Source: Armatimonadetes bacterium UBA1398
Lineage (GTDB): Bacteria > Armatimonadota > Zipacnadia > UBA1398
Assembly: GCA_002305165.1 (NCBI GenBank)
Contig: DBQI01000028.1
Coordinates: 6,801 to 70,800, forward strand
DNA length: 64,000 nt
Direction: 5' to 3'
Shown piece by piece: positions 19,435-29,532 of this stretch. The stretch's first letter is position 1; every line of letters starts with the position of its first letter. Under the pieces are notes generated by a model. The model was not told the DNA's origin, did not search any database, and was given only the letters and a program-made list of their open reading frames with translations. A program made the translations under genes and the position numbers.

Positions 19435-20097
19435 ATGCTTCCCCGCCGTGGCTTCACGCTCATCGAGTTGCTCGTTGTCATCGCGATCATCGCCATCTTG
19501 GCGGCGATCCTCTTCCCCGTCTTCGCGAAGGCTAGAGAGAAGGCACGGGCCACCTCGTGTCTTAGCAACTTCCGGCAGATGAGCCTCGCCTTCATTCAGT
19601 ACACTCAGGATTACGATGAGATGTACCCGATCAATCCGGAGTGGAAGGGACGGCTACAGCCGTACATCAAGACCACCGAGATCAACCGCTGTCCGAGCCG
19701 TCCGGAGCTTCCTTGGTACTACGGCCAGGGCTACAATATCGGTGTGCCGGCGATGCTGGGCACGCCGGTGCCAGGGCTCCCTGGACGGTCCGAGGGGACG
19801 GTGCGCCGACCGACCGGGACGATTCTGATGGCCGAGTGGGAGCGCTGCAACGCGGGTCCGCCGGCGGGGCCCAGAGGCCTCTTCGCGGGTGGCGCAACGG
19901 CTTTCTGGACGGTGTGCCGAATACACAACAGCGGGTCGAACGTAGCCTTCTGCGACGCCCATGCAAAGTGGATGCGGCCCGATGACTACCACTCGAACAC
20001 GGAGGAGATGCTCAATGACGGGACTCTGGTCCCTGCGAACGCGGCGGCCGTCCCCGAGAGCGTCTGGCGGCCCTTCTGGGACCCGACGTGGGACTGA
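19435..20097 (+). CDS. DUF1559 prepilin-type N-terminal cleavage/methylation domain protein
   Basis: [33 protein letters not shown]; RCPS; [13 protein letters not shown] (H-X9-DG variant). Confidence 0.9.
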   Translation: MLPRRGFTLIELLVVIAIIAILAAILFPVFAKAREKARATSCLSNFRQMSLAFIQYTQDYDEMYPINPEWKGRLQPYIKTTEINRCPSRPELPWYYGQGYNIGVPAMLGTPVPGLPGRSEGTVRRPTGTILMAEWERCNAGPPAGPRGLFAGGATAFWTVCRIHNSGSNVAFCDAHAKWMRPDDYHSNTEEMLNDGTLVPANAAAVPESVWRPFWDPTWD

Positions 20098-20102
20098 GCC
20101 CC

Positions 20103-20684
20103 ATGACTGAGCCCTCGGCCTCGGAACAGACTGCGGCGCGCCATGAGCGCACCAGGGATCTGGTCTTCGGCGGGATGATGATCGCCTTGGGCGTTCTCGC
20201 GCCCATCGCGTTCCATGCCGCGGGTTGGGGCGGCGCTATCTTCCTGCCGATGCACCTTCCGGTGCTGATGGCGGGTCTCCTGGTCTCCTGGCGCGTGGCG
20301 CTGTTTGTCGGCCTGCTGACGCCCATCGTGTCGTCGGCGCTTACAGGGATGCCGCCGCCCCTCCCAACCACGCCGATCATGGCCGTCGAGCTGATCGTCC
20401 TCGCCGTGGCCGCGTCGCTGCTCCGTCGCACGGGGATGTCGGTATGGGTCGCTGCGCCCCTCGCCATAGGGGCGCGGATCGCCATTCGACCTGTGATCTT
20501 CCTGCTGGCCGTACCCCTGCTGCAGGTTGAGGCGGGGTTCCGCGAGTTCGTTATTGTGACTCTCCTGCAGGGTTGGCCGGGCATCGTGTTGCAGATACTC
20601 CTGGCGCCGACGTTGGTGGCCCTGATCGAGGGGCAGCGAACCGCGCACGTGGCGTCGAGCACGGGAGAGGTCGATCCCCCATGA
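20103..20684 (+). CDS. ECF transporter S component
   Basis: About six hydrophobic segments; FLPMHLPVL, TGMPP and GWPGIVLQI motifs; linked to T and A components. Confidence 0.8.
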   Translation: MTEPSASEQTAARHERTRDLVFGGMMIALGVLAPIAFHAAGWGGAIFLPMHLPVLMAGLLVSWRVALFVGLLTPIVSSALTGMPPPLPTTPIMAVELIVLAVAASLLRRTGMSVWVAAPLAIGARIAIRPVIFLLAVPLLQVEAGFREFVIVTLLQGWPGIVLQILLAPTLVALIEGQRTAHVASSTGEVDPP

Positions 20685-21103
20685 GCGAGACCCTCGATCT
20701 GATCTGCAGGATCCACGGCCATGTGGGCCCCTACGTGGTGGCTGGGGTGCGGGCCGGAGAGAGCGCGCTGGAGCACCTCGACGCGCGGCCTCACTTCGGC
20801 GTGGACGCCATCGTCACGGCGCCCGACGCGCCTCCGCCGTCGTGTTTCATCGACGGTGTGCAGCTCAGTACCGGCTGCACCCTCGGCAAGCGGAACATCG
20901 AGCACGTGATCGGCGAGACGGTGGAGCTGATCCTGCGCAACCGCGACACGGGCGAAGCGGTGCGGGTCGTCCTGAACCAGGACCTGGTGGCGCGGGCTGT
21001 GGAGATCCTACAGATGCGGAGCGACGTCGAGGCGGGCGCCTTCATGCTGGAGTGCCCGTGGGATGAGCTCCTCACCCTCGAAGCGTGCCAGTGGCCCCGC
21101 TGA
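20681..21103 (+). CDS. FmdE family protein
   Basis: HGHVGP..G.R and SCFIDGVQLSTGCTLGKRN motifs; overlaps the upstream stop (ATGA). Confidence 0.88.
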   Translation: MSETLDLICRIHGHVGPYVVAGVRAGESALEHLDARPHFGVDAIVTAPDAPPPSCFIDGVQLSTGCTLGKRNIEHVIGETVELILRNRDTGEAVRVVLNQDLVARAVEILQMRSDVEAGAFMLECPWDELLTLEACQWPR

Positions 21104-21843
21104 GCCCCCTCGGGCGGGCCCTCGGCTGGCTGAGTCCTCCCGCGCGGGGCGCGATGGGGCTGCTCTGGATCATCGCGGCCTGCGTGCCCTCGGTGACTCG
21201 CCCGCTGGGCCTCAGTATCACAGCCACTCTGGCGTTGATTGGGCTGCTGCTGGCCGGCGGCTCGCTGAAAGCCGTGGGACTGCGGCTCGTGGGGGTGTTG
21301 AGCTTCACCGTGCTGACTGTCCTGGGGCTGGCCGTATTGCCCAGCCAGCCCGGCGCCACTCTCGTGGCGCTGCCGCTCGGGTTGGCGGCGCCTGCGGAGG
21401 GCCTCTTCTTCGTGCTCGACATCGCTGTGCGCGCGGCGCTCCTCATCACGGTCGCGCTCGCTCTGGGCCGGGTCTTCACGGCCCGGGAGTTCCTGCTGGC
21501 CCTCAATGGGCTCCCCATTCCGACCACGCCCCGGTGCTTGCTGTACCTCAGCGGCCTGAGTCTGTCCCGCGTGAAGGCCGACCTCTTCCGGCTGTTCCGC
21601 GCGCGCAGAGCGAGGGGCGGTGTCAGAGGCTGGTCGGCGGTCCGCTCCTCTATGAGCATCCTCGGAGTCCTCATCGTGCGAGCAGGCCGCTCAGCGGAGC
21701 GACAGGCCTTCGCGCTCCAAGCCCGGGGCTTCGCGGACCGGTTCCCCACCCTCGATGACGAGAGCCCGAGCCTCCCCCTCCCCGAACTGGTGGTTGCGGC
21801 GGTCCTGGGAGGTGTGCCGGTATGGCTGGCAACGCTGGCCTAA
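21085..21843 (+). CDS. ECF transporter transmembrane T component (CbiQ/NikQ-like)
   Basis: Hydrophobic; conserved ARRARG and ALQARGF motifs. Confidence 0.8.
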   Translation: MPVAPLSPLGRALGWLSPPARGAMGLLWIIAACVPSVTRPLGLSITATLALIGLLLAGGSLKAVGLRLVGVLSFTVLTVLGLAVLPSQPGATLVALPLGLAAPAEGLFFVLDIAVRAALLITVALALGRVFTAREFLLALNGLPIPTTPRCLLYLSGLSLSRVKADLFRLFRARRARGGVRGWSAVRSSMSILGVLIVRAGRSAERQAFALQARGFADRFPTLDDESPSLPLPELVVAAVLGGVPVWLATLA

Positions 21844-22499
21844 TAGCCGCCGAGGGGCTGTGCTATGCGTTCCCCAACGGCGTGAGCGCCCTGGATCAGG
21901 TCCAACTCCGCGTTCATGCCGGTGAGCGTGTTGCCCTGATCGGCGCGAATGGCGCGGGGAAGTCCACGCTTCTCCTGGCACTCGCGGAGCTGCTGCCGTG
22001 TCGGGGCAAGGTACGGCGCGCCCCGGGCTGTCGAGTCAGCATCGTGTTCCAGGATCCGGACGACCAGCTCTTCATGCCGAGCGTGCTTGACGAGGTCGCC
22101 TTCGCGCCACTCAACGCTGGGTTGGCGAGGCCGGAGGCCCGAAAGCAGGCCATGGCCGCTCTTGAGCGGTTCGGCCTTGCGGGGCTGGAAGAGCGGCATC
22201 CCAGCGCCCTGAGCATCGGGCAGCGCAAACGGCTGTGCCTCGCCATCGCTATGGCGATGACGCCGGACCTGCTGCTCCTCGATGAGCCCTTCGCGGGACT
22301 CGATCCGGCGGGCTCTCGCGAGTTGGCACGGTGGCTCGGTGGCCTCGAGGTCGCCTTCGTGCTCGCCACGCACAACCTCGAGCTTGCCGGCTCCCTGACC
22401 GAGCGCTGCGTGGTGCTTCAGGGGGGACGTGTGGTTCTGGAGTGCCCCACCGCGGAGGCGATCGCGGACGCTGACCGGCTGCGGGATATGGGACTCTGA
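21822..22499 (+). CDS. ECF/ABC ATP-binding protein (CbiO/NikO-like)
   Basis: GANGAGKST, VFQDPDDQLF, LSIGQ, LLLDEP and ATHN motifs. Confidence 0.9.
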   Translation: MAGNAGLIAAEGLCYAFPNGVSALDQVQLRVHAGERVALIGANGAGKSTLLLALAELLPCRGKVRRAPGCRVSIVFQDPDDQLFMPSVLDEVAFAPLNAGLARPEARKQAMAALERFGLAGLEERHPSALSIGQRKRLCLAIAMAMTPDLLLLDEPFAGLDPAGSRELARWLGGLEVAFVLATHNLELAGSLTERCVVLQGGRVVLECPTAEAIADADRLRDMGL

Positions 22500-22587
22500 G
22501 GCCATCGACCCAGGGGGAATGGGGGCTGTGCCGCGAATACCCACCCCAGGCGCTACAGATCACCGGCGCCCCTCGGAGGCGAACTCT

Positions 22588-24009
22588 ATGCGATCCCTGC
22601 CGCTGGCACTGTTCATCCTCTGTGCGCCCGCCGGCGCCCTGGCTCAGGAGGAGTCCATGAACCCCCTCACCGACTGGTTCCATGAAGCTGGGTACGGTGT
22701 CTTCGTCCACTATCTCGAGGGCTTGCAGAACAACCCTGAGAGCCTGCAGAGCCTCGGCCGTGGAACCTCGTGGGACGAGTGCGTCGCGGAGTTCGACACG
22801 GAGCTGTTCGCGGAGACGATGGTCGAGGTTCGGGCGCGGTATGTGATCTTCACCATCATGCAGATCCAGCGAACGCTCATCGCCCCGAACCAGACCTTCG
22901 ATCAGATCAGCGGGTATGCGCCAGGGGAGGCGTGCGCGACCCGGGACCTGATCGCCGACCTGGCGGAGTCTCTCAACAAGCGCGGCATCCGGCTCATGCT
23001 CTACTTCACCGGCGACGGACCACGCGGCGATGCCCAAGCGGCGCAGGCATTCGGATGGGGCGATCCCGTGAGCGATGAGTTCGTGGAGAAGTGGACGAGC
23101 GTTGCGCGCGAGTACAGCGATCGGTATGGCGAGCGCGTAGCAGGTTGGTGGGTCGATGGTTGCTACCCATGGATCGGGTACAACGATGAGAACCTGGCAG
23201 TCTTCGCGGCAGCGCTGAAGGCGGGCAACCCAGCGTCCATCGTGGCCTTCAACCGCGGCGTGGACCCCTCCGTGCTGTCCTATACTCCCCATGAGGACTA
23301 CACGTGCGGGGAGCAGAACCGCTTCTACGACATGCCCGTGTCGCGGTTCATCGAAGGGGAGCAGTGGCACATCCTGAGCTACCTGGGCGACTGGTGGGGC
23401 GGCCCCGGCAGCAACTACACCAAGCGTGAGCTGGCCGACTACGTCTGGGACGTTCACCAGCGCGGCGGCGTGGTATCCATCGACGTCGCTCTCTTCCGCG
23501 ATGGCAGCCTGGACCGCTCCCAGATAGAGATGCTCAAGGCCGTGGGCGCGATGATGGACGAAGGGCAGGCCTGGGAGCCGATACCGCCTGGCAATGTGGC
23601 CTTTCGCAAGCCCAGTCGGCTCCTGAGCCTCGACGGCATCCGCGAGCTGGTACCCAGCTCCCAGATCCACTATGCCCGCAATGGCGTAGATGGCGACCCA
23701 GCGACGGTAGCACAGGGCGCCCACGAGTGGCCGTGGACCTACCACGTTGACCTCATCGACACAGTGGCTGTGGGACGCCTCAGGGTGACCTTCGGCGGGA
23801 CCTACCCGACGCACGTGGAGATCCGACTCTCGGCCGACGGCCAGGAGTGGACGACCGTGCTTGCTCGCGAGGATCACGACGGGACGCCGCTGGAGGTCAC
23901 CGTAGACCCCGTCGAAGCCCGCTATGTGCGCGTGCTCTCGTTCAAGCCCGATGGGCCTGACCAACCCGGCGGACAGATGTCCGTGGCCGAACTCGAGGTC
24001 TACGAGTGA
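22588..24009 (+). CDS. GH29 alpha-L-fucosidase-like protein with C-terminal discoidin domain
   Basis: WFHEAGYGVFVHY, RDLIADLAESL..RGIRLMLY and GWWVDGCY motifs; NVAFRKP..NGVDGD..VAELEVY. Confidence 0.75.
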   Translation: MRSLPLALFILCAPAGALAQEESMNPLTDWFHEAGYGVFVHYLEGLQNNPESLQSLGRGTSWDECVAEFDTELFAETMVEVRARYVIFTIMQIQRTLIAPNQTFDQISGYAPGEACATRDLIADLAESLNKRGIRLMLYFTGDGPRGDAQAAQAFGWGDPVSDEFVEKWTSVAREYSDRYGERVAGWWVDGCYPWIGYNDENLAVFAAALKAGNPASIVAFNRGVDPSVLSYTPHEDYTCGEQNRFYDMPVSRFIEGEQWHILSYLGDWWGGPGSNYTKRELADYVWDVHQRGGVVSIDVALFRDGSLDRSQIEMLKAVGAMMDEGQAWEPIPPGNVAFRKPSRLLSLDGIRELVPSSQIHYARNGVDGDPATVAQGAHEWPWTYHVDLIDTVAVGRLRVTFGGTYPTHVEIRLSADGQEWTTVLAREDHDGTPLEVTVDPVEARYVRVLSFKPDGPDQPGGQMSVAELEVYE

Positions 24010-24122
24010 ACTCGACGCCCCCTACACGGTAGCCTCCGAGTACCAAGTGACCGCCAAAGCCGCGACGGCAGCCACGGTGAGCTCCGCGCGCCGGTTATTC
24101 CGTATGCCTATCTCCCAGAGCA

Positions 24123-25301
24123 TCACGCTCTGAACAGCGGCACATCCACTGGCTCGCCTCCACGAGAGACGGACTCGATGGAGAGCGGGACGATGGAGCT
24201 CCACGCCACGGCATCGTAGACGTCGATGGGCGGCGGCTCGCCGGTGAGGACGGCCTGAATGAAGTCGGCGACGACGAAGTAGTCGCCGCCCCCGTGTCCC
24301 GCAGCTTGCGCTGTCTCTCCCTCTGCCTTCCACCGTGGATGCTCGAAGTCATCGGCTAGCTCCCACAGCGACTGCCATTGGGGCTCGCCCTCGGGAGAGC
24401 GATCCTTGATCCACACCAGGGGCGACTCGCCGTGCCAGCGCTCCGAGAGGTACGAGCCAGACGTCCCCTGGAGCACGTAGTGGGTCATGTTGTGCGGCCG
24501 GGGTGAAGCACTGTCGACACGGAGGACGATGACGCATCCCCGCCGCGTGGTGATGACGGTAGTGGCGGAGTCGCCGGCTGGCATGCGGTTCGGGGAGGCT
24601 AGCGGATGGTCCGACCCCATGTGTTCCGCCACGTAGCGCCACCCGCCTTCGGCCCGAGTCACGAAGGTCGCCGTGCTCACCATCCGATCACCGCGATGGA
24701 TACCGAGCCACTGGGCCACGGGTCCCAGGGAGTGGGTGGGGTACCAGTTCCCCTGCACCGGGTTCGCTCGGGACCGGCCGCGCCAGTTCAGCGACCCATC
24801 GGGGTCGAACATGAGGCTACGGCAGTCGTGGATGTACGCTCCCTCGGCGTAAGTGGGCTCGCCGAGCACGCCCTGCCGCACCATGTTCAGCACCATCATG
24901 TTAGGCCGTGTGTAGCAGTAGTTCTCGGCCATCATGTAGGTCTTGCCCGAGGCCCGTACCGCCTCGATGAGCCGCCAGCAATCCTCGATGGTTGTGGCGG
25001 CGTAGACCTCGGAGAGAACATGCAGCCCAGCCTGGAGAGCTTGAACGGCCTGCTCGGCATGTAGCGCCGGAGGAGTTGCCACGAATACGGCATCGATCTC
25101 TCCGGAGCCAAGCATGTCCTCATACCGGGCGTACGTCTTCAAGTCGGGCTGATCGCGCCGCCAGCGCTCCAGCACGGTTTCGTCGATATCACAGACGGCG
25201 GAGAGCCGCACCTTGTCTGGCAGGACCCTCTCGGCGCCGACCACGCAGCCTCCCCGGTTCCCGCCGACGACACCCATACGCACAGGGCCTCCGTGAGCCA
25301 A
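24123..25301 (-). CDS. Gfo/Idh/MocA family oxidoreductase (GH109-like)
   Basis: HVLSEV, YMMAENY, YAEGAYIHD, YPTHSLGP, GHGGGD and IDVYDA motifs. Confidence 0.88.
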   Translation of the reverse strand: MAHGGPVRMGVVGGNRGGCVVGAERVLPDKVRLSAVCDIDETVLERWRRDQPDLKTYARYEDMLGSGEIDAVFVATPPALHAEQAVQALQAGLHVLSEVYAATTIEDCWRLIEAVRASGKTYMMAENYCYTRPNMMVLNMVRQGVLGEPTYAEGAYIHDCRSLMFDPDGSLNWRGRSRANPVQGNWYPTHSLGPVAQWLGIHRGDRMVSTATFVTRAEGGWRYVAEHMGSDHPLASPNRMPAGDSATTVITTRRGCVIVLRVDSASPRPHNMTHYVLQGTSGSYLSERWHGESPLVWIKDRSPEGEPQWQSLWELADDFEHPRWKAEGETAQAAGHGGGDYFVVADFIQAVLTGEPPPIDVYDAVAWSSIVPLSIESVSRGGEPVDVPLFRA

Positions 25302-25547
25302 TCGATACCCTCCTCGGTTGCACGTTCATGCCTGACGGGGGTGGTGCTTCTCTGTCCGATACCCCAGCGCCTTCGGATGGCTGTTGGCCGGGACCGTGGC
25401 GCAGTTTGGGCATCAAAACCTATAACCAGCTTCACTGTACGCCTCGGAGACGGTGAACAGGCCCGCCGAGCCAGCCGTTCTACCCATGAGGGCAAGCGTA
25501 TCGGGGTGGGGCGCCCTCTGCGACTGTGTGGTAAGGGACCGTGTGAC

Positions 25548-27968
25548 ATGGCTACCAAGAAGCAGACTAGACGTCCGAAGGCTGCGAGTCGGCGGCCTGC
25601 GGACATCCCCGAGGATGTCCGAGTGAAGTACGAGATCGGCGGCATCCTTCTGGGCACTTTCGGGGCAGTGATACTCGTAGCCCTGACTCTGGGCATCCGC
25701 GGACCCGCCGGGGAGGCCATCCAGGAGACCATGTTCGTGCTATTCGGCGCCGGGGCTGCCCTGGTGCCGTTGGCGATCATTGCCATAGCCGCCTACCTGT
25801 GCTTCCGTCTGGAACCCCTTCCCTGGTCCCCCAAAGCCATCGCCATAGGGTGCCTCTATGTCATCGCCCTGGCAGGCGTGCACTGCTTTGCGCCGGCGGG
25901 CGAGGAGTTCCAGCTGGACGTGCTGATGAGCCACGGCGGCTACCTGGGGGCCATCCCTTGCATCGTCCTTCGCGCGCTCTTCGGCCCCACAGGCGCAGGA
26001 ATCATCCTCGCCGGGCTTGGCTTGGCGGCGATCAGCACCCTCCTGAAGCGGCCCGTGGCCTATATCGCCCAGGACGTCTACGCGAGCGCTGGCGGAGCCG
26101 CGGAGTCAATGCGGCAACGTATGAGCGCACGAACCGAGGACCGACGGCGCCAACGGCTTGCGCGGGACAAGGAGCGCCAGCGCCTCGCCAAGGAGCGTCC
26201 GAGCCGCGAGTCGAACGCCGGCTCCCAGTTCCGCAGGAAGATTGAGGAGACCACCATCGAGGCGCCGGAAGCTCATCCGCTGCCCGAGGCGAATGGCCAG
26301 TACCCCCTCTTCGGCGACAAGCTGGCATCGCGGCCCATCGACGATGAGGTGCCCGAGGGGTTCGAGGATGGCGGCGAGCGGATACGCGAGGAGGATATCC
26401 CCGCCTTCCTGAGAGCCGGCGCTCACGAAGGGAGTGGTGCGCGGGGAAAAGCTCCAGAGGCCTCGCCCCTCGAGGCCGTGCCACGTCGGCAGGGACCCTA
26501 CGAGCCACCTACGGCGGAACTCCTGGACGCGCCGGGGCCCGTAGACGTTAGGCGGCAGGAACGCGAGACCAAAGAGAACATCGCTATCCTCGAGGACACG
26601 CTGGCGAGCTTCAAGATTGGGGCACGAGTCGTCTCCATTGAGCGCGGCCCCGCCATCACCCGTTACGAGGTGGAGCCCGACAAGGGCATTCGAGTGGCGC
26701 GTATCGCCGCCCTCGCCGATGACCTGGCACGCGTGCTCGAGGCAGTGGATGTTCGGATCGAGGCGCCCGTCCCCGGCACCTCCGTGGTCGGGATCGAGGT
26801 TCCGAACAGGACCCGGGGCCTCGTGACTCTCCGTGACATCCTCACCTCGGACGAGATGCTCTCCAACCCCAGCCCCTTGGCCTTCGCCCTCGGCAAGGAC
26901 ATCGCCGGCCAGGTGGTCGTCGGTGACCTGTCGCGCATGCCCCACCTGCTCGTCGCCGGAGCCACGAACTCGGGCAAGAGCGTCTGCCTGAACGCGCTGA
27001 TCCTCTCCATCGTCTTCCGCGCCTCGCCCGACGAGGTCAAGTTCCTCATGATCGACCCCAAACGGGTCGAGCTGTCCCTCTACGACGATATTCCCCATCT
27101 CATCGCACCCGTCGTGCATGACGCGAAGGAAGCGGCTGGGCTGCTGCGCCACGCCATCGTCGAGATGGAGCAGCGGTACCGGACCCTCGCGGGCCTAGGG
27201 GTTCGCAATATCACGGAGTACATCGAACTCGCCCAGGAGCGCGACGATCTCGAGCCGATGCCCTATATCGTCATCGTCGTCGATGAGTTGGCCGATCTGA
27301 TGATGCAGGCCGCGGCCGAGTTCGAGCACTCCATCTGCCGTATCGCTCAGCTGGCGCGCGCCGTGGGGATTCACCTCGTCGTCGCGACTCAGCGACCGTC
27401 GGTCAACGTCGTCACGGGCACCATCAAGGCGAACATCCCCTCCCGCATCTCCTTCGCCGTGTCGAGCCAGACCGACTCGCGGGTCATCCTGGACCAAGTC
27501 GGCGCGGATCGCCTCATCGGACAGGGCGACATGCTCTACTCACCCATCGACGCAAGCAAGCCAAAGCGCATCCAGGGCGCCTACGTCTCCGTCAAGGAGA
27601 TCAACCGGGTCGTGCAGTACCTCCACTCATGGGGCGAACCCGAGTTCGAACTGGAACCCCTCCCCGTGGACACCATGAAGGGGGCCGTGGACCTGCCGTC
27701 GGGCGTGGATGACGAGGGTGTCGATGACGATCTCTTCGGTGAGATCGTGGGTTTCGTCACCACGCAGAAGCGGGTCTCTACCTCGATGCTACAGCGCAAG
27801 TTCCGCATCGGCTATAACCGGGCAGCCCGGCTGATTGACATCCTGGAGGACAAGGGCGTCGTAGGCCCCGCTGACGGTTCGAAGCCTCGCAGGGTTCTCA
27901 ACGGTTTCGCGGGAACGTCTGTATCGCTCGATGAGGATGACGACGCTTACGACGAGGCGACCGGCTAA
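25548..27968 (+). CDS. ftsK: DNA translocase FtsK/SpoIIIE
   Basis: N-terminal TM segments; MPHLLVAGATNSGKS, IVVDELADLMM and ATQRPS motifs; gamma domain SMLQRKFRIGYNRAARL. Confidence 0.95.
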   Translation: MATKKQTRRPKAASRRPADIPEDVRVKYEIGGILLGTFGAVILVALTLGIRGPAGEAIQETMFVLFGAGAALVPLAIIAIAAYLCFRLEPLPWSPKAIAIGCLYVIALAGVHCFAPAGEEFQLDVLMSHGGYLGAIPCIVLRALFGPTGAGIILAGLGLAAISTLLKRPVAYIAQDVYASAGGAAESMRQRMSARTEDRRRQRLARDKERQRLAKERPSRESNAGSQFRRKIEETTIEAPEAHPLPEANGQYPLFGDKLASRPIDDEVPEGFEDGGERIREEDIPAFLRAGAHEGSGARGKAPEASPLEAVPRRQGPYEPPTAELLDAPGPVDVRRQERETKENIAILEDTLASFKIGARVVSIERGPAITRYEVEPDKGIRVARIAALADDLARVLEAVDVRIEAPVPGTSVVGIEVPNRTRGLVTLRDILTSDEMLSNPSPLAFALGKDIAGQVVVGDLSRMPHLLVAGATNSGKSVCLNALILSIVFRASPDEVKFLMIDPKRVELSLYDDIPHLIAPVVHDAKEAAGLLRHAIVEMEQRYRTLAGLGVRNITEYIELAQERDDLEPMPYIVIVVDELADLMMQAAAEFEHSICRIAQLARAVGIHLVVATQRPSVNVVTGTIKANIPSRISFAVSSQTDSRVILDQVGADRLIGQGDMLYSPIDASKPKRIQGAYVSVKEINRVVQYLHSWGEPEFELEPLPVDTMKGAVDLPSGVDDEGVDDDLFGEIVGFVTTQKRVSTSMLQRKFRIGYNRAARLIDILEDKGVVGPADGSKPRRVLNGFAGTSVSLDEDDDAYDEATG

Positions 27969-27996
27969 CCGCCGGCACCGGAGGAGACTACCCGCG

Positions 27997-29487
27997 ATGC
28001 ATGCTGTGTATCGAAGAAGCCTGCTGGCGGCCGGGCTTGTGATGGTCGCCGCCCTTCTCTGGATGCCTGCCTGCGACGTTCACACATCTGTGACCGTGGT
28101 TCTCTCCGCGAGCAACCCCGCGCCGGTCGTTGGCGATGCGTTCACCGTGTCGGCCACCGTAACCCGGAATGGCGTCCCCCTTCAGGGGCGTACGGTGGGC
28201 TGGTCGGCGGCCCCTGATGGAGCGCTCCAACTGCAGCAGACGACCTCGCAGACTGACGACGCGGGTGTAGCGAGGGTGACGGCCCGTGCGCAGGCAGCGG
28301 GGGAGATCACCGTGGCTGCGACGGTGGACAATGTCACCCAGACCTTGGTGTTGACAGCGGCCGCCGCAGACGGGCCGCGTCTGCGGCTCTCACTGGACCC
28401 GGCGTCGGTCTCTGTGGGCGCTACTGCTGCCGCCTCTGTAGTGCTCACCGTGGATGGTGTTCCACAGGAAGGGCAAGCCATCAACCTGGCGGTCTCCGAT
28501 CCCAGTGTGGTGGCCTTGGAGCCGGTCTCGGTCGTCACCGACGCGGATGGGGCCGCTGCCGCCACCCTGACGGGCCTCGCCGCTGGCTCGGTCCAGGTCT
28601 TGGCCGTCTGGAATGGTCGATCGGTCTCCGCCGACTTCACCGTTGCGGCTCCTCCCCTCCCCGAGTATGTCTTCACTACCTCCGGCCCCCTAGGCGAGAT
28701 ACTCCTCATGGCGAATCAGCCGAGTTCGACGCCCGGCGATCCAGGCTTCGATGACAAGCGGATCCCCGTGGGCACGCAGAGGGACGGCTCGCTGATCCTC
28801 GCCGTCGACGCAAGCTTCGTGAACGCCTATGTCATCGACATGCGCACGCGGGCCGAGACACCGTTCACGCCCGACAGTTTCAGCCTCGTGAGCGCCAGCC
28901 CACGGGCAGCTCTCGCGTCAGGCGTTACGGCGGACGGCGAACGCGTTGTGTGGCTCAGGCGGCAGGCGGCTGGCACACAGATCGTCTCAGCCCGTCTGAA
29001 CGGCGCCAACGCGCGCGTCCTGCTCGAGGCCAGCTTCGCATCGGCTCCCACTTCCATGGCCCTCTCCCCCAACGGGCTTGAGGTCGCTTACACGACCATG
29101 GGCGGCGAGGTCCGCCTGCTCCTAGAGACGGGCAACTCCCGAGCCCTCGAACTGGGCGACTCCACCGGCCCCCTGGCGCTCGACTGGCTCGATGAGGATA
29201 CCCTGGTCGTGGCCGTCAACAACTACAACGGCAGCGCGCGACCGGGCCTTCTATCGGTCCCCGCCTCTGGGGCTGCCCCCTGGCTGCTCTTCAACGACGG
29301 GACAGGCCTACGCTCGGCGCCGTCTGCCGTGTGTGTCGATGGCGCGGGCAATGTCATCTACGATGAACTGGACGCCACCGGTAGCCAGTCGGACATCGTG
29401 CGGCTCGATGCGCCCGGTTACAGCGCTCGGACCGTTCTCGCCGGCGGTGATGTGAGCGAGATGCGACCCGTCCTGACGCGCTTCTAG
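27997..29487 (+). CDS. Secreted or lipoprotein with two Big_1 Ig-like domains and a propeller-like C-terminus
   Basis: Signal ending MPAC; TDDAGVA and TDADGAA invasin-type repeats. Confidence 0.7.
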   Translation: MHAVYRRSLLAAGLVMVAALLWMPACDVHTSVTVVLSASNPAPVVGDAFTVSATVTRNGVPLQGRTVGWSAAPDGALQLQQTTSQTDDAGVARVTARAQAAGEITVAATVDNVTQTLVLTAAAADGPRLRLSLDPASVSVGATAAASVVLTVDGVPQEGQAINLAVSDPSVVALEPVSVVTDADGAAAATLTGLAAGSVQVLAVWNGRSVSADFTVAAPPLPEYVFTTSGPLGEILLMANQPSSTPGDPGFDDKRIPVGTQRDGSLILAVDASFVNAYVIDMRTRAETPFTPDSFSLVSASPRAALASGVTADGERVVWLRRQAAGTQIVSARLNGANARVLLEASFASAPTSMALSPNGLEVAYTTMGGEVRLLLETGNSRALELGDSTGPLALDWLDEDTLVVAVNNYNGSARPGLLSVPASGAAPWLLFNDGTGLRSAPSAVCVDGAGNVIYDELDATGSQSDIVRLDAPGYSARTVLAGGDVSEMRPVLTRF

Positions 29488-29532
29488 GCGCCTGGGGCAG
29501 GGCTCCCACCCGGTCCGGCGAACGAATCGAGC

